A DNA stretch of 64,000 nucleotides from Nemertoderma westbladi. Its lineage: Eukaryota; Animalia; Xenacoelomorpha. The stretch's first letter is position 1. Each line of letters starts with the position of its first letter. Positions 1 through 11,474 of the stretch are shown here, in pieces. Location: contig JAUCBJ010008354.1 of NCBI GenBank assembly GCA_032718475.1, forward strand, positions 124,001 through 188,000, given 5' to 3'. The notes under the pieces are model-generated. The model did not search any database and was not told where the DNA came from. It saw only the letters and a list, made by a program, of their open reading frames with translations. Position numbers and translations under genes: made by a program.

Positions 1-442
1 TAACTCCACTCTGACTGACTCTAACTTCTCCACTCTCACCCTGATTCTCCTCTACTTCTCTTCTACTTTCACTCTAACTTTCGTACCCCCTGTCCCTCAC
101 TCTGTCTCTTACTCCTCCCCCCCACACTTGAATTGCACTCGCATTCTCTCTACGTGCCTCAACACTTGGCTACTTTTAACCCATTCACTCCTGATGAGCC
201 TCACCCTCCCCTTCCGTGCCGTCGCACCTAAGAAGCGTCAAGTGTGTAGTGCTACGTCTAGTCTCTCGTCCTCATGTCATAGTCAATTGGCCCCCAGTCC
301 CAGTAGCTAATTGGAAAAAGGTTACATGACTATAGTACTTACTTTGGTTATATTGGTTATATGATTATATTCTATTCTAATGATTATTACATACGTACAT
401 ACTAATTGCACTTTTAATTAAATTTGCACTTAGGAGTTTGTA

Positions 443-2116
443 TTACGACACCTTCATAGCCCGCGGCACATGCTCCGCCAAGAAATCTCTGAACTCTCCC
501 CGGTTCTCTGGCGTCCACCGGTTTAAATACCTCTGTGTATTTATCACTCCGGCATACGACGCCGCCGTTGACACTTCCTGATAAGTAAACGGAAGTCTCC
601 GTTTGATGATTTCCAGGTGGGCCTCCTGGTTAATATTAAAGAAGCCCCACCGGAATTCCTGGGCCTTCATCCGCTGCCGCATCATGACGCCAAACATCGG
701 CCCACTCCTCGAAGATCCTAAACTTCTCCTTGTTGTCCATCCAGTCGCACTGGCGTCCGTAGTGCCCCCAGAAGTTGCACTTAGAACGCCCCCATCCTAT
801 GACTCGACTCGCGGCAATAGAGGCAGCTTGTTCCCCTTTGGAATCGGTACAAGCAGCTCCTTTCCTGGTGAGTTTGCCTCCTGCAGTAATCGCAGCCGAG
901 TACCAGTGCCTCCCGCCCCACGTCGTCTTTCGTGCCAAGCGATCTCCTCGGTCTATGGAGTCGCTGGTAAGCGAACTTCTGGACATTAGCGTCCCTGTCC
1001 ATGTCCATCTCCTCGCCTCGCCTGGGCATCGTCTCTCCGAATACTACCCGTGGTGCCGTTCCCGGTTCATCGCCCAACCTGATGGTGCTCCCCGCGAAAT
1101 CCATCGCCAGCTCTCATGCACCCAGGCCCGCTTGCCGGGTCTATCCCAGAAGGCCCTCGCCCCGCTGGCCATCACCACTCTCCCGCCAACCCAGTCTGTG
1201 TCCGAGTGGCCGATTCTCCCGATGGGCGGCATCTCTCCGAACTCATCGTCATCCTCGTCCTCCTCTGGGAGTGGCTCCAAACCCGGATCCAGTGGATCCA
1301 CTGTGTCCCTTCCCACCTTGGCTCTCGCCCGTGACTCTCCATCCTTCCAGTTCCCCTGGCATTCTCTCCACGAAATCGCCCTCGGCGCCCGCTGGTATGG
1401 GCGTCGTCCTCAATCCCGATGTCGACTGTTTCGGTGATCCTACCGTCCACCCCAATTCTCGCCCTAGAGACTCGCCCGAACTCCCTGATGTCAAGTGTAG
1501 ATCGTCCAAGGCTGCCTGTTCCTCGAACCCATAGCCCTCTCCTCTAGCTTCCGCCTCCCTTTCTTCTGCCTCCCTCCTTTCTCGTCTAGCGATTTCTTCC
1601 AATCGCTTTGCCTCTCGTCTATCCGCCTCTCGCTGCTCCCACCTCTGATATGGCGTATCAACCTCCCTGTCTACTAGATATCGCAGTTATAATATACCGA
1701 CTCGCCCTTCAGCCCCGGGTGGTCTACCAGACCCCCGAAAGCCACTTTGAAGGCTCTTCTGTAGTTCAGGGGTGATCCCGATAGCAGAAATGCCGTTGGC
1801 TCTCTCTCGATAACCACGGTCATGAATAGGTTTAGCAAACCTATCATTATCCAGTCCTCCTGCAGGATATATTGCTTCTGATATATCTTTTTCGCTCCTC
1901 TCTGGAATTGATGCACCTCCAGCATCCCCACATGCATCCCCACTTCAGCGAGTTCGCCAACTCCGCTCCATACTCCTCCCTGAATTTGCCCCAGTCTATT
2001 GTCTTGTGGCATACGAGCCCCATTAACTGGCCCATCGCCACCGCTCCACAATGACCCGTGTTCTCTACTAGTCCCAACCCAGCTGGCGCTGTCATAGCCA
2101 TGTAGACCGTTTGCAT
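443..2116 (-). pseudogene. Multiply frameshifted ORF with three CCHC-type zinc knuckles; probable accessory gene of an older mobile element
   Basis: Overlapping minus-strand ORF pieces (1847-2116, 1674-2051, 1249-1602, 1044-1316, 781-1104, 636-986, 443-697) join into one protein with CDYCRRQTHQERSC, CLYCRESSH and KCNFWGHYGRQC, followed by FEEWADV...RQR...WGFF. Confidence 0.6.
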
Positions 2117-2149
2117 GTCCAGGAGGTTGGGGGTCTCCGGACCAATGAT

Positions 2150-2170
2150 CCTCTCTCTCTCTCTCTCTCT
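2150..2170. repeat. (CT)n microsatellite
   Basis: About 10 CT units read directly. Confidence 0.9.
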
Positions 2171-2424
2171 AAAGTGCCAAATTTCCTAAATTCCATAATT
2201 TTGTCAGTTACTTTAATTATGTTCTAGAATATCCTGCCTACTGTTACCATAATTTGTTTAATTTTGATTTTAATATTTATTTTGATCCTACAACTGTGCT
2301 ATCAGTATCTATTAATGGATTATTTATTCTCTTAATCCATATTCTGGCCTATTCTGCAGTACAGTAGTATGTCCCGTGTGGCCTACACGATCTGTGCTGC
2401 TGTCCCCACGTGCCCCCCTCTCAC

Positions 2425-2854
2425 TACTCACTACTAACTCTACTAACTTTCTAGCTAATTTCTACTAACTCTTACTGACTCTTACTACATACTACGTACC
2501 CTCCTACTACCAACTCTTGCTACTAACAGTACTACACGTACCCTCTTACTGACTCTTACTAACGGTACTACGTACCCTCTTACTAACTAACTCCACTAAC
2601 TCTTACTAACGGTACTACGTACCCTCTTACTAACTAACTGCACTAACTCTTACTAACGGTACTACATACCCTCTTACTAACTAACTCCACTAACTCTTAC
2701 TAACGTTACTACATACCCTCTTACTAACTAACTCCACTAACCCTTACTAACGGTACTACGTACCCTCTTACTAACTAACTCCACTAACTCTTACTAACGG
2801 TACTACGTACCCTCTTACTAACTAACTCCACTAACTCTTACTAATGGTACTACG
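2425..2854. repeat. 47-bp tandem minisatellite: about 6 good copies from 2577, degenerate copies upstream
   Basis: Unit CTCTTACTAACTAACTCCACTAACTCTTACTAACGGTACTACGTACC starts at 2577, 2624, 2671, 2718, 2765, 2812; the last unit is cut at 2854. Confidence 0.9.
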
Positions 2855-3615
2855 AGTAGTAGAGGAAGAGGTGACCCCATCATACTCCTCCCTAGCTTGG
2901 GCTATGGGCTATATCTCGGAGGACTATTAAAAATGCCAAATTCCAGTGCTAAATTGTGGTGTTTAATTGACCATCTGCCACCATCAGTATTGATTCGCGT
3001 CGTTGCCATCAACCAATCGTTGAATATTCACCTACGCGTAGCCTAACCACGCGATGCCTGCCTTACTCCGCCATATGTCACCATCGGCAGTTGCCATCAA
3101 CCAATCGTAGCGTAGCCTAACCTCGCGATGCCCGCCTTACTCGACTGACTGACTAACCCTAATGTTATTCACCTTTTCGCCACGTTACCACCACTGCCAC
3201 GTTACCACCACCACTGTATACTGTATATGGTGACGACGTGGCCATCTACACGCATCACGCATATATTATATTATATTGATTGCCAACTCCACGACTGCTG
3301 TCGCCAAATCAACAAACCAACCAGTATGATACATGAAATTCCGTCACGTTCCAGCTACGCGTATACGAGCATTAGTGATTATTATTATTATTATTACGCA
3401 GAACCAAATAATTTTTGTTTATACAGTAGTTCCCTACCGGCTAATCAACCAATCAATAAACCGAATTTAGGCTATTTCTCAGTTTAAGACCTGTATTATT
3501 TTTGAAAATATCTTATATATAATCTCTTGCTTTAATCACAATTAATCATTTGTAATGGTTTTAGTTTAAAAGTTTTTACTTTGTTTGTTTGATTTACAAT
3601 AAAATAAATTAAATA

Positions 3616-4059
3616 ATGTCTTCTGATTCCGATATGGTTATGCCAATAGTAAGGCATTCATTTTTTGCAGAAGATGGTGAAGCCTATATTGTTATTGATT
3701 ATACAATTTACCGTCGGGGAGATGATAAATATAAAATTGAGTTTTCTGAAAAAGCCAGGAAAGTTTTAAGCTCAATTGATATTGATGCTTCTGATAATAG
3801 TATTCATCTCTTAGATTACAACCTGAAAGTTGAGCATGAGGGAAAATTAATCAACATCTTACTATTATCCATGATAGAGGGGTTAATTGTTATTACACAA
3901 TACAACGAAGCTGGTGAAAAGTTTGAAATACGGCTAAATCGGCATAGCCCCTACGAAATTATGTCTTTCTTTATTGTAATGATTTCAAAAGAATCCTTTG
4001 TCGAACCTGAAGAATCAACAGATAATGTTGAATATGTTGATAATATCATTGATTCTTGA
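3616..4059 (+). CDS. Hypothetical 147-aa acidic protein of the Polinton
   Basis: Intact ATG ORF in AT-rich context, co-oriented with the Polinton genes; no motif recognised. Confidence 0.5.
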   Translation: MSSDSDMVMPIVRHSFFAEDGEAYIVIDYTIYRRGDDKYKIEFSEKARKVLSSIDIDASDNSIHLLDYNLKVEHEGKLINILLLSMIEGLIVITQYNEAGEKFEIRLNRHSPYEIMSFFIVMISKESFVEPEESTDNVEYVDNIIDS

Positions 4060-4244
4060 CTTTTCCCTCTATATTATAAATATTTTATGATTATTTATAA
4101 AATTTTGATGTTTTTAATTATGAAAAAAAACATCAAATTTTAAATAATCGAAAATTGTAGTAGTAATTGCATATACAGTATAACAGATTTGTTTGTTGTT
4201 GTGTATTGAGGTAATTATTTTCAATTTACTTTAAAATTTGGAAA

Positions 4245-4694
4245 ATGGATATTTTAAATGAAAAATGTCCAGTTTGCTATTCTAAGTTATTGCAACATCG
4301 AGATTATTATAAATGTGAAAATAAACATGCAACTTGCGTACAATGTATTGTACAATATTCCGAAATGAATAATTATTGTTCTAAAATTTGTCCTATTTGT
4401 CACGCACCCATATCTAAATTTAATATAAAGTTGGCAAGATACCAACCCAATTATTGGAAAGAGCTTTGCAATATAACTTATATTTCTGCGGAAAGTAATG
4501 ATCCGGGAGATTTATTTACAATATTGGAGAATATTTTTTATAGAAATGTCGTACGACGGTGTTGCTACTATATTCCTTATTTTTTTAGCAGCGAACATAA
4601 AAAAATCATTAGCGCGAAATTCTCGGGAAGTGATTTCCAAACCGCCGATGTTACCTATCATCATTTCGCGTATAAAGACGCTCACCATGCTTGA
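4245..4694 (+). CDS. RING-finger protein (C3HC4-like), Polinton accessory gene
   Basis: CPVC-x11-C-x3-H-x2-CVQC...CPIC pattern at the N-terminus. Confidence 0.65.
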   Translation: MDILNEKCPVCYSKLLQHRDYYKCENKHATCVQCIVQYSEMNNYCSKICPICHAPISKFNIKLARYQPNYWKELCNITYISAESNDPGDLFTILENIFYRNVVRRCCYYIPYFFSSEHKKIISAKFSGSDFQTADVTYHHFAYKDAHHA

Positions 4695-4906
4695 AAATGA
4701 GTCTATACTATAATTGGAAATAACACCTTTTGTTGCAGCGAGCGTCACATACTGTAGTTGTGTCATATGTTAATTAAATATACAGTACTCTAATATTGTA
4801 GTTGCATCAATTATTGTTATATACATAGTAATGGTGATGGTTTATTGATATTGATATTTATATTATATTATATTGTATTGTTGATATATCTTAATAATAA
4901 TAATAA

Positions 4907-5589
4907 ATGGCTGACTTTAATTCAGGTCCATATAATTTAAACTTTCAAATGGGAACGAGTATGATAATTTCTGGCCCATCTGGTTCTGGAAAGTCAACAT
5001 TTTTGTTAGCAATTTAATTAAATACAAGAATGGTTGTTTCAAAGAAGCCCCCTTGCGAGTATTGTATTGTTACGGGAGCAATCCCCCAACTATTCCTGGT
5101 ATTACTCACCTTTACAAAGGTTTGCCAGAAAATATAGATAGTTTAGTGAATAGTCGAGATTTATTAATTATAGATGATTTATTAACAGAAACTGAGTCCA
5201 GTACAGCTTTAACTGTATTGTTTACTAAGGTAGCTCATCATTCCAATATATTTATTTGTTTTATAACGCAAAACATGTTTTACGGTGGGAAGCATAACCG
5301 CACAAGATCAATTAATAGCCATGCTTTAGTATTAATGAAAAATCCGCGAGACAGTTTATTGGTTTTAAATTTCGCGAAGCAGATGTTACCAGGGCAGACC
5401 AAATTTTTAGTAGATTCCTATCAAGATGCGACTATTGAACCATTTTCACATTTCTTAATTGATTTACGACAGGAAACACCCGAACATTTAAGATTTAGAT
5501 CGGATATATTTCGTAATCATAATTTTTACATTAAAAATTACATTGACTATAAACGTAGCGAAAATAATAATAATAATAATAATAAATAA
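4907..5589 (+). pseudogene. A32/FtsK-like DNA packaging ATPase, frameshifted after Walker A
   Basis: ATG at 4907 gives ...MIISGPSGSGKSTF; a frameshift in the T run near 5000 leads to ORF 5053-5589 with Walker B LLIIDDL and HHSNIFICFITQN. Confidence 0.85.
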
Positions 5590-5626
5590 TTAATATTTTG
5601 TAACAATTTTCAATAATGTTGCAACA

Positions 5627-6010
5627 ATGAATAGACTTGTGCAGAAATATCGTAACGAACTGGAATTTCTAGGCAGCGCTACCCCTCAACAAAGAACTTA
5701 TTTTATTAACCATACCGCGAGTAACGAATTAATACGGCTCATTGTAAATACTGCATTAAATGTTCTAAAAGGTAACGTACAATTGTCTCCTCATTCATTT
5801 AGAAATATTCGCCACTATAAAAAGGTATTGAAATCACTCAACCGTAAAACAAAAAATATATCAAGTTACAGAAAAAAGTTAAACAATCAATCTGGATGCA
5901 TACTACCGTTTCTAATACCCTTACTCGGCATTGGTGCGAAACTCGCCGCGAGTGCCGGTGCCGCTGCCGCTGGAGCGGCTATTGCGAAAAAAATTAACCG
6001 CGGACGGTAA
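5627..6010 (+). CDS. Small basic Polinton protein (possible core/virion protein)
   Basis: NVLKGNVQL and QSGCILPFLIPLLG followed by an Ala/Gly-rich tail resemble a small ORF commonly seen in Polintons (recognised from memory). Confidence 0.6.
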   Translation: MNRLVQKYRNELEFLGSATPQQRTYFINHTASNELIRLIVNTALNVLKGNVQLSPHSFRNIRHYKKVLKSLNRKTKNISSYRKKLNNQSGCILPFLIPLLGIGAKLAASAGAAAAGAAIAKKINRGR

Positions 6011-6234
6011 TAATGGTTAAAACAGGAGTAACATTTAGAAAATTATATTTAGTATCGAGTAAACCGTTAGCTACTGATTTAAAACCTCAAGATATACCTA
6101 GAGTAAATACTACAAAAAGAAAACCCTTTAAAACATCAACTTCAAAGAAAATAATAAAAAAATTTCAGTTGTTTTTACGGTGATGCCCTTTATAAGAGAT
6201 TTGAATATACATATTACTTGCGGTTGTCGAAAAG

Positions 6235-7283
6235 ATGCCACGCAAGATGAAACCGATTTTAAGCCGAAGCTTAGACAAAAAACTGTTAAGAATTTATTTA
6301 GATCCTTCATCCCCTGCGGGATTTGCAAGTATCGCAAAATTAGCAAAAGCTGCAAACATCAAACCAGCTCAAGCCCAGAAATGGTTGAGCGAGCAAAAGA
6401 CATACTCCCTTCACGCACCACGTAGACATCATTATCCGTCAACTAAAATATTTACGGGAGGCTTAAAAGATATATATATGATAGATCTGGTGGATATGCA
6501 GCAATATAAATCGCAAAATAATAATTATAACTATATATTAACATGTATTGATGCCTTTAGCCGGCTTGCTTTTGCCTATGGTATGAAAACAAAAAAGGGT
6601 ATTGAAATTATTAGTATATTGCAAAAAATATTCCAGAAAGGAAAACCAAACAGAATCGCAACCGATCAAGGGTCTGAGTTTCTAAATAAATCTGTAAGGA
6701 AATATTTAGATACTATTGGTATAAAGTATTATGTAATGTATTCTGTGAATAAGGCGGCTATATATGTTATATGTATATATGATATAATGTTTGGATAAAA
6801 ATTTTACCGAAGCTCATTTATGCTTATAATAGGTCATATCATAGGACAATAAAAATGACACCCATTGAAGTTAATAAATTTAATGAAACTGAATTAATGA
6901 ATAGATTATATGGGAAATATAGACAGATTAATCACAAGAAAATAAAATTTAAAGTTGGAGATACAGTACGATTATCTATCGCTCGTACTGCTTTTGCTAA
7001 AGGCTATCGAGAACAATGGACACGCGAATTATTTATTATTCATCGGGTTAGATTGGATAGAGTACCAGCGGTAATGTTCGATATTAAGGACAGCGCTGGA
7101 GCTATAATAAATGGCTCATTTTATTCATACGAACTCCAAAAGGTCCACCCGAATAGTAATATTTATCTCCCGATTGATAAAAATATTGGCAAACTTAAAG
7201 AACGTGTACGCAATGGGAAAAAAGAATATTTAGTCCGATTCATCGGATCCAAGAAACAGTCGTGGGTACAGCATATTCAATAA
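6235..7283 (+). pseudogene. Polinton rve (DDE) integrase with C-terminal chromodomain-like region, disrupted near 6760-6850
   Basis: YLDPSSPAGF, IDLVDMQ, IDAFSR, TDQGSEF, YNRSYHRTIKMTP, FKVGDTVR, FAKGYREQWT, YLVRFIG; the segment with the catalytic Glu is missing or scrambled. Confidence 0.88.
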
Positions 7284-7569
7284 GTTTAGGTTTATACTGT
7301 ATATTAATTCATTTTGGGCACATATGTCCGTAATTAATTAATCAATCAATCAATCAATATTAACTCGAATGATATTACTATACTATAGTTCATTCGCTTT
7401 AAATAAAGCCAGTAAAATATTGATCCCTCGCATATACTGTAGAAGCGCATATACTGTAGAAGCGGGGGGAATGAACGTGGTCACAGATGTCTATAATTTA
7501 ACATTATACCGGACTGTACTGTACTGTATGTACAAAGGAGTCAAGTAGAGAGCTTAAATAATAATAATA

Positions 7570-8448
7570 ATGGCTGTAGATACATATATCACTCTACTTT
7601 CAGATAGCTCATTAAACACTTACCCCAATAATAACCCTAGTGAGTTTACTGTTGATTTAGCCGAAGAATTATATATTGGTCCAAACGCTAAAATTGGACT
7701 CGCGGAGATACAATATCAAGCAACATACAGTAATATTACTCTGCAAACTCAAATCTCGCTGTCAATCGGGGTAGATGCAAAAGATGCCAAATTATTCAGT
7801 TTATTTCCTGGTATGCATAGCTCTATTCAAGTCATTATTGATGATATAAATAAACTGTTTAATTCTGAAGCGAAATATAGAGATTTCGAATTCATTTTTA
7901 ATACAAATAATTCTAGAATTAAATTTAAATTTCCTAAAAAGTTGAAAAAAATACAATTAAGTCTACGTGGTGATTTAATTCAAATTCTAGGCTTAAAACC
8001 GTTATTGGATCAGAATCATCCGGGTATTCCGAATTGGGATATATACAGTACCACTACAGTGGATGAATTAAGCAATATAGAACAGCTGATATTAATTTTA
8101 AATTATAGTGGACCAAAAATTTCGGAAATTGGGATTTTAGATTTTCCAGCTCCCACGAATATTACTCGTAATAAAGACACTATCTTCATATATACAGATA
8201 TTATTAAGAGCTCATTTGTTGGCGACGCTTTAGCTCCGCTCTTAAGAACCTGTCCTTTAACACAATTATATCGAAAATATATTAATCACGAATACGAGAG
8301 CATTTGCTATTACCCGTTGTTGAATAAAAAACTAAAAACAATCTTAATTACTTTACGTGACGGCCAAGGCGAATTAATTAATTTTAACGGTGGTCGCACT
8401 GTTATAACACTTAAGTTAATACGTGGTGGTGGTGGTGGTGATGGATGA
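7570..8448 (+). CDS. Polinton minor capsid (penton-like) protein
   Basis: N-terminal YITLLSDSS..YPNN..SEF..L...IGLAEIQY and C-terminal IFIYTDII...VGD..APLLR...YYPL...I.I.LRDGQGELINF. Confidence 0.7.
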   Translation: MAVDTYITLLSDSSLNTYPNNNPSEFTVDLAEELYIGPNAKIGLAEIQYQATYSNITLQTQISLSIGVDAKDAKLFSLFPGMHSSIQVIIDDINKLFNSEAKYRDFEFIFNTNNSRIKFKFPKKLKKIQLSLRGDLIQILGLKPLLDQNHPGIPNWDIYSTTTVDELSNIEQLILILNYSGPKISEIGILDFPAPTNITRNKDTIFIYTDIIKSSFVGDALAPLLRTCPLTQLYRKYINHEYESICYYPLLNKKLKTILITLRDGQGELINFNGGRTVITLKLIRGGGGGDG

Positions 8449-8525
8449 GCTCTACGTTAGACTACCAAGTAACTCCTGTCCAATTGATTTTCCTCGTAAT
8501 AATGGTAGTAATTATCAGATCAATT
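8441..8525 (+). pseudogene. Start of a second minor-capsid-like paralogue, cut by the LINE
   Basis: ATG overlapping the previous stop reads MDELYVRLPSNSCPIDFPRNNGSNYQINF, similar to the N-terminus of ORF 7570-8448. Confidence 0.6.
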
Positions 8526-10160
8526 TCCATGGCAACAACCGACGATCCATTTTGAAGCTGTAGGCCTGCCGACAATAAGACCAAGAAAGATACTGGTACT
8601 AGGCCTATACAGTTTTTATCCCTGAGTCAGACTACAGCCAGACAGCACAATGTCCCCGCTCTTAATCTCCACAGTTCTCATCGTTCTGGGTCGTTTCGTT
8701 GTGGCAGAACCATCCGATCCGCGGGGTAACCCTGCAACCCACCCAATACCCGTATTGGACTGGTTTGCGGAACACCCTGTCGCTACCGTTTCGAACTGCC
8801 GCGCCGAATCGACGGAGATGTGGTCGACGAGTGGATTTAGCCTCTACTGCTCTCGTCGGGGAAGAAGATCTTGGGTCTCCTCTCCACGATCTAGAGGCCT
8901 AATCGCTAAACTCTGTCTACTGTCTCTGGCTGGGGATATTGAGACCAACCCAGGACCCAGCAGGACGCGGGCCCCGAAGATCAACTGTCCCGTCTGTCAA
9001 CGAGGAACAAACTCTCGGAGTAAGATCGTCCAATGCGAGAGTTGTGACACATTTGTACATTTAAAATGTTACCGTAGGAAACGCAGTAATTTATTCTCCA
9101 CCAGAAACAATATTGAACCAAGTTTTCTCTGCAATAGCTGTATTTTTACCGAACTTCCCTTTCATGATACAATTTTAGAATCAGAAACCGACGATTCATT
9201 TCTCACATCGCCTCTGCAAACTCCAAGTGATGCTGAGAGTGAAACTTTTAATTTTTTTAAGAAAAAAGGTCTGCATTTTTTGCACTTAAATGCACGATCT
9301 CTGCTTCCAAAACTTTCCGAAATTCGTATTTTAATCAATAAATCCAACCCAGCAGTTTTAACAATCTCTGAAACTTGGCTCGATGATAGTGTTTCTGATG
9401 GAGAAATTTATATTGATAATTACGTAGTTTTACGTAAGGATAGGGACAGACACGGTGGTGGTGTCTGTACTTACATTCGATGTGATTTAGCTTTTAATCG
9501 TAGGGAAGATTTAGAGACTTGTGACGAAGTTTTACTGGTGGAACTTTTACTTCCTAAAACTAAACCTATTTTAATCGGTACTTTATATCGGCCCCCTAAA
9601 CAATCAGATTTTTTGCAAAATTTTGAAAATACAATTTTATGTAATCTTAGGTCAGACTGTGAAATATATTTCTTAGGTGATTTTAATATCTGTTACCATC
9701 ACAAAGCATCCCCCATCTGTAAACAGTACCAAAGTATTTTAAATTTGTTTGGTTTAAAACAAATTATCGAGATTCTACCAGAATTACCAGTAAAACTTCT
9801 ACTTTACTAGATCACATCCTTTGTAATAATACCGATATTATTTCTCAATCTGGGGTTTTACCTATAGGTCTAAGCGATCATTTTATAGTTTTTTGCACAA
9901 GAAAGACACAAAAATCTTTTTTCGGGGATCATAAAACAGTAACAGTTAGGTCTATGAAAAATTACAGCAAGGAACGCTTTTTAAGTTTGTTAGTTAATTC
10001 TGACTGGGAACCCTGTTTTAAGGCCGCTGACATTGACCTTGCGTACACTGTTTTTAAAGATATATTTTTAACGGCACTTAATACTGTAGCACCAATTAAA
10101 GAAATTCGTCTTAAACAACGCACTGAGCCCTGGATGACCTCGGGTATTCTTAGTAATATC
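8526..10160 (+). mobile_element. Non-LTR retrotransposon (CR1/L2-group LINE), fragment 1: 5' UTR, 2A-like peptide, PHD finger, APE endonuclease
   Basis: ORF from 8650: GDIETNPGP, CPVC..CESC..H..C..CNSC, HLNARSL, ISETWL, GGGV, YRPP, GDFN; frameshift near 9770, then LLDHI, SDH, EPWMT. 5' boundary approximate. Confidence 0.88.
8932..8958 (+). other. 2A-like ribosome StopGo motif GDIETNPGP
   Basis: Matches D(V/I)ExNPGP, preceded by LLSLA. Confidence 0.8.
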
Positions 10161-11396
10161 TGTTCGCGCTTTCAGACCTTTGGCAGTTTAACCCGCCAAA
10201 TTAGGATGTCTTCTAGATAATCAATCGCTTTTAGCCTCTGACAAGTATTTGATTCACTACACTAGTCGAAACCAATCTGTGCGCGATCATTCACCCGCTG
10301 GATATACCCGGGAGATTGGGTTCGACGGCTTAATCTTATTGCTATGTAAGCCTAATGTATTATTCGACTGACAGTATTATATAATCTCTGACAATATTAT
10401 TCACCTTCGGGGAATATTAACAGTTCCTTTAGGACGTGGCGCTCTATCTATATAAACAGAGTTATGACTTAAACTACTCACAACGATATGGCTTAGTTAT
10501 AATTCACATATATGGCGCATTCTTTAGGAAATGCTTCGTTATCAGTCTCACTCATACACAATGCTGCACAATACTGCACACTAATCTGCCGATCTTCACT
10601 GATTTTAGTCACATATAAAAGGAACACAGACCGACTCATGTAGGGTCTATCAAATAACATTAGATTCACTTCAAACCACTTTAACATAAGTCACAATCGT
10701 TATATGTAACCTGTCTCTCTTACCTTCTGTATATCAAGAATATTGGGTTTTCGGGGTTATTTATCGTTATTCCAAATATAATAATTCATCAACCATATTA
10801 TGAAGAACCGACAGTAAATAGCAGTATAACAATATAAAAGTATGCACAGGTATATTAGATTAGGTATGTTGCGTTGATTGAGTATGGGCCAGTTAACCAG
10901 TGTGGTTGGTTGGTTTGTTTGATAACGGATATATGTCCTTATAATTAAGCCTACTAGTGTTAGGCTAAAACAGAAAAGCACAAAATATTCCAAAGCCGCT
11001 CTCTCCTGGCTCAGGACAGAATGTAAACACTGCCCATAAATGCATTGCGTGATTTCTAGGAAATTTCTGTACAAGAGCCATAAAAATGCTCTGATTGGCT
11101 GACTGAACTGAGAGACGCCGTAGAACAAAGAAAATCGACACGTATGAATATCAGCTGTTAACCGTCGTCATAGTAACTACTGTTCAAGAGTAGCTATCAC
11201 CTTTTGCGTCACGGAATTGCCATAGAATCATCAACTATGCCTTCCACAGTACACATACGGAGGAAATAGCTCTTAGATCCTCTAAAAAACACCGATACAG
11301 CAATAATACGGTCTCTTACACCTATTAAATCAACTACAGAGTATTTTAATGTAAAAATAATAAAAATAACGGGGCAATTCAGCAAAGGCTTTTACA
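10161..11396 (-). repeat. 3' LTR of copy A
   Basis: Appears identical to 25578-26813; purine tract GGGAGCGG abuts it on the minus strand (11397-11404). Confidence 0.95.
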
Positions 11397-11474
11397 CCGC
11401 TCCCAGAAAATGGGATTTTCAGTCTATAAAATATAAAAATCACAGTTTCTAAAACCTAAAGATACTCTAAACAG

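Larger units (their letters stand above)
2855..8525 (+). mobile_element. Polinton/Maverick (adintovirus-like) element, left part, degenerate
   Basis: Begins AGTAGTAG exactly where the tandem array breaks; subterminal direct repeats (~3002-3068 and ~3090-3141); AT-rich compact gene array with packaging ATPase, rve integrase and minor-capsid-like ORFs. DNA polymerase, protease and major capsid genes are not seen in the window. Confidence 0.8.

Noticed and set aside
603-1534. Plus-strand Pro/Ser-rich ORFs
   Set aside because: Likely antisense shadows of the purine-rich minus-strand pseudogene; no motifs.
2425-2854. CRISPR array or cluster of TACTAAC branch points
   Set aside because: Head-to-tail repeats with no unique spacers and a eukaryotic context; TACTAAC is simply part of the repeat unit.
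10436-11128. Recurrent 60-123 aa ORFs in the LTRs
   Set aside because: They recur only because the LTRs are repeated and are not conserved between LTR subtypes.
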